DNA of 64,000 nucleotides from Trypanosoma brucei (Eukaryota): NCBI GenBank assembly GCA_000002445.1, contig CM000207.1, positions 2,993,548 to 3,057,547 of the forward strand, read 5' to 3'. Shown piece by piece: positions 62,411 to 64,000 of this stretch (position 1 is its first letter; each line of letters starts with the position of its first letter). The notes under the pieces were generated by a model. It saw only the letters and a program-made list of their open reading frames with translations, ran no database searches and was not told where the DNA came from. The position numbers and the translations under genes were made by a program.

Positions 62411-64000
62411 TTTTTTTAAATTTTCTTCGTGCCTTCGTGAGAGTTTCCCCCCACTGGCGCGGCCATCAGCCATCACCATAGAGCCCTGAGATGCTATCGG
62501 TCTGGCGACTGTGGCAGAGTCTCCCTTTTTTTTTATTCAGCCTAATACACTCTCTATAATTTTTTGTTGTAGCTCCGCAGTTGAACGGAATACAGCAGAT
62601 GGGGCGAGAAGCCCCCCACTCCGGACTCTCCAAAAGATGTCAATTAGCAATCCTTTTGTTTTGATTTTTGTTATTCGTTTATTATTCTCTTCCCCTTTTT
62701 CTGTTTCTGTTGCTTGTTGATTGCATACCCCCTCTGTCTCTGAGGGTGTCTGGACTATTCCTACATCCGGTGCTTTTCCTGCTAGCTCCACACTCGGCAA
62801 TAAGGGGGGAAGTTGCAGAATGGAGAGTGGGTTGTATGACTGATACATTAGGGGAGGACTTCACCTGCGGCCGGCTCCGTTCAACGGCAATGAGAAATTG
62901 CGCCAGCCTTTTGGAGAAACATACATTCTGCACACACACACGCCTTCCACCGCAAACCTGACACGTAATTCCTTCAAACCGGGACAGCTCATCAAGTGCA
63001 GCGACGTTTCTTCGCAGTCGCCGCGTTGGCTTGTAACAGCGCGCTCTACTTTCATACCGTGCATCTTCTTTTGATGTAGGATGAGGCCAGTTTTGCTAGC
63101 ACACTGCCTTCCGCATGTCGGGCACACCAACATGGATGTGTTTGTATGCGGGGAATCAGTGGCTCACAATTTTGTGCTTTTGTTGCTTTTAAGCTCGACT
63201 CCCTCACCTTTGTGGAAAGCCTTACAGTGTCGGATGAGGGAGTCCCTGCAACTGAGCACTTTTTGGCACACACCACACTGCACCTCGCCTTTCCCCGGGA
63301 CGTCAACGTTTCCCTCACGGGCACGCTTACGAGGGAATTGCACCACCACCACGGTACCTTCCTCCGTCATTATGCTCTTATGTTTGAATTTCTTGTGTAG
63401 TGACAGGGAAGAACGTGTACCGAAGCTCGCCTCGCACAGGTCACATTGAAACGGCAGCTTCCGTGTATCCTGAGGGGCTGGCACTGCTGGGGCTCTACCA
63501 TCTCCTTGCAATGAGTCTTCGTTCTCTCGCCCCCTTTTCACGCGGCAACTACCGCTGCCTATGCCATGTATTGTTCTAAGGTGGTGTAGTAGTCGGCCTG
63601 GCACTGCGAATTTGGAGGCACAGAGGGTACAATGAAGCACCTGCGGTCTCATCGGGAGTCGTGTGCTCGATGGTAGAGGAACGATCGCCACCACTGGAGG
63701 GGGCTCCGGGGGGATGTCCACTGCAGGTGTTGCATCACCGTATTTGATCCTCCGGAGGGCATCAGCTCGCACAAAGCCGTGTTTGTTTACCATGTGCGTT
63801 ACAGCACTCGACCGGCATTGGTATGTGGCATCACATTCCGTACATTTGGTCGGTTCGGAGGTTCTCTGAAGAGTGCGTGTCGCAACAGTTGGGGCTGTTT
63901 GTATTGTTGGCCCTATCGCTGCATGTTGCGTGTTGCACCATCGGCACTGTGGAGGCACACTCGGGTTGATCTTTCGCAACATCCATCCATAGTGCTTGAA
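62411..64000 (-). mobile_element. ingi-3: inverted ingi copy, 3' ~1.6 kb in window (5' part beyond window end)
   Basis: Poly(T) at 62411-62418 is the ingi poly(A) tail on the minus strand. ORF-track peptides 62511..62720, 62537..62848, 62668..62961 and 62682..62939 are 100% identical to the ingi-2 peptides 48302..48511, 48174..48485, 48061..48354 and 48083..48340. ORF 63164..63982(-) is the zinc-finger region. Confidence 0.9.
63164..63982 (-). pseudogene. ingi-3 C2H2 zinc-finger region (272-aa ORF segment)
   Basis: CTLCASKFAVPGRLLHHLRTIHG, CDLCEASFGTRSSLSLHKKFKHKS, CGVCQKVLSCRDSLIRHCKAFHKG. Confidence 0.8.

Overview
Eukaryotic (kinetoplastid) DNA, not prokaryotic. The window has the hallmarks of a silent subtelomeric VSG array of the Trypanosoma brucei group. 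Sixteen variant surface glycoprotein (VSG) genes or pseudogenes all lie on the minus strand at roughly 3.5 kb spacing. Reading 5' to 3' on the minus strand, each cassette is: a degenerate 70-bp repeat (GGAGAGTGTTGTGAGTGTGTATATACGAATATTATAATAAG-like, with TAA/TRR triplet runs), a 1 to 2.4 kb upstream spacer, a VSG reading frame of about 1.5 kb (signal peptide, N-terminal domain, Cys-rich C-terminal domain with CKWDG / KKCTLSE motifs, GPI signal ...SSFLVNKK + hydrophobic tail), then the conserved 3'UTR 16-mer TGATATATTTTAACAC. On the plus strand the 16-mer is seen as gtgttaaaatatatca about 100 to 250 bp below each VSG stop. Most VSGs carry frameshifts or single in-frame stops and are pseudogenes. 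Only VSG-9 (33609..35051) looks intact. Four non-LTR retroelements of the ingi/RIME family interrupt the array. A degenerate ingi-related element (DIRE) covers 1..~4450 on the plus strand. A 5'-truncated ingi sits at 27557..30025 (+). A full-length ingi of about 5.26 kb sits at 43357..48612 (+); its ORF is disrupted but keeps the Pr77-like 5' end, AP-endonuclease, RT (FADD), RNase H and C2H2 zinc-finger regions and a poly(A) tail. An inverted partial ingi runs from 62411 to the window end (-). Three ingi ends coincide with truncated VSGs (VSG-7, VSG-12, VSG-16) and no target-site duplications are visible, which suggests recombination or deletion junctions rather than simple insertions. Also present are a roughly 240-bp pure (TTA)n tract inside a 70-bp repeat block (25738..25980) and a (GCTGA)5 microsatellite in VSG coding sequence. 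No rRNA, tRNA, CRISPR, telomere repeat array or expression-site (ESAG) elements were found. No novel defence-type system is present. The interest is in array architecture: ingi-associated rearrangement junctions, an inverted pair of near-identical ingi ends, intact N-terminal domains with broken C-termini as mosaic donors, and recurrent Trp-to-stop codons. All coordinates are approximate to within about 10 to 50 bp. Identities are judged by eye and from the supplied ORF track; no database search was possible.
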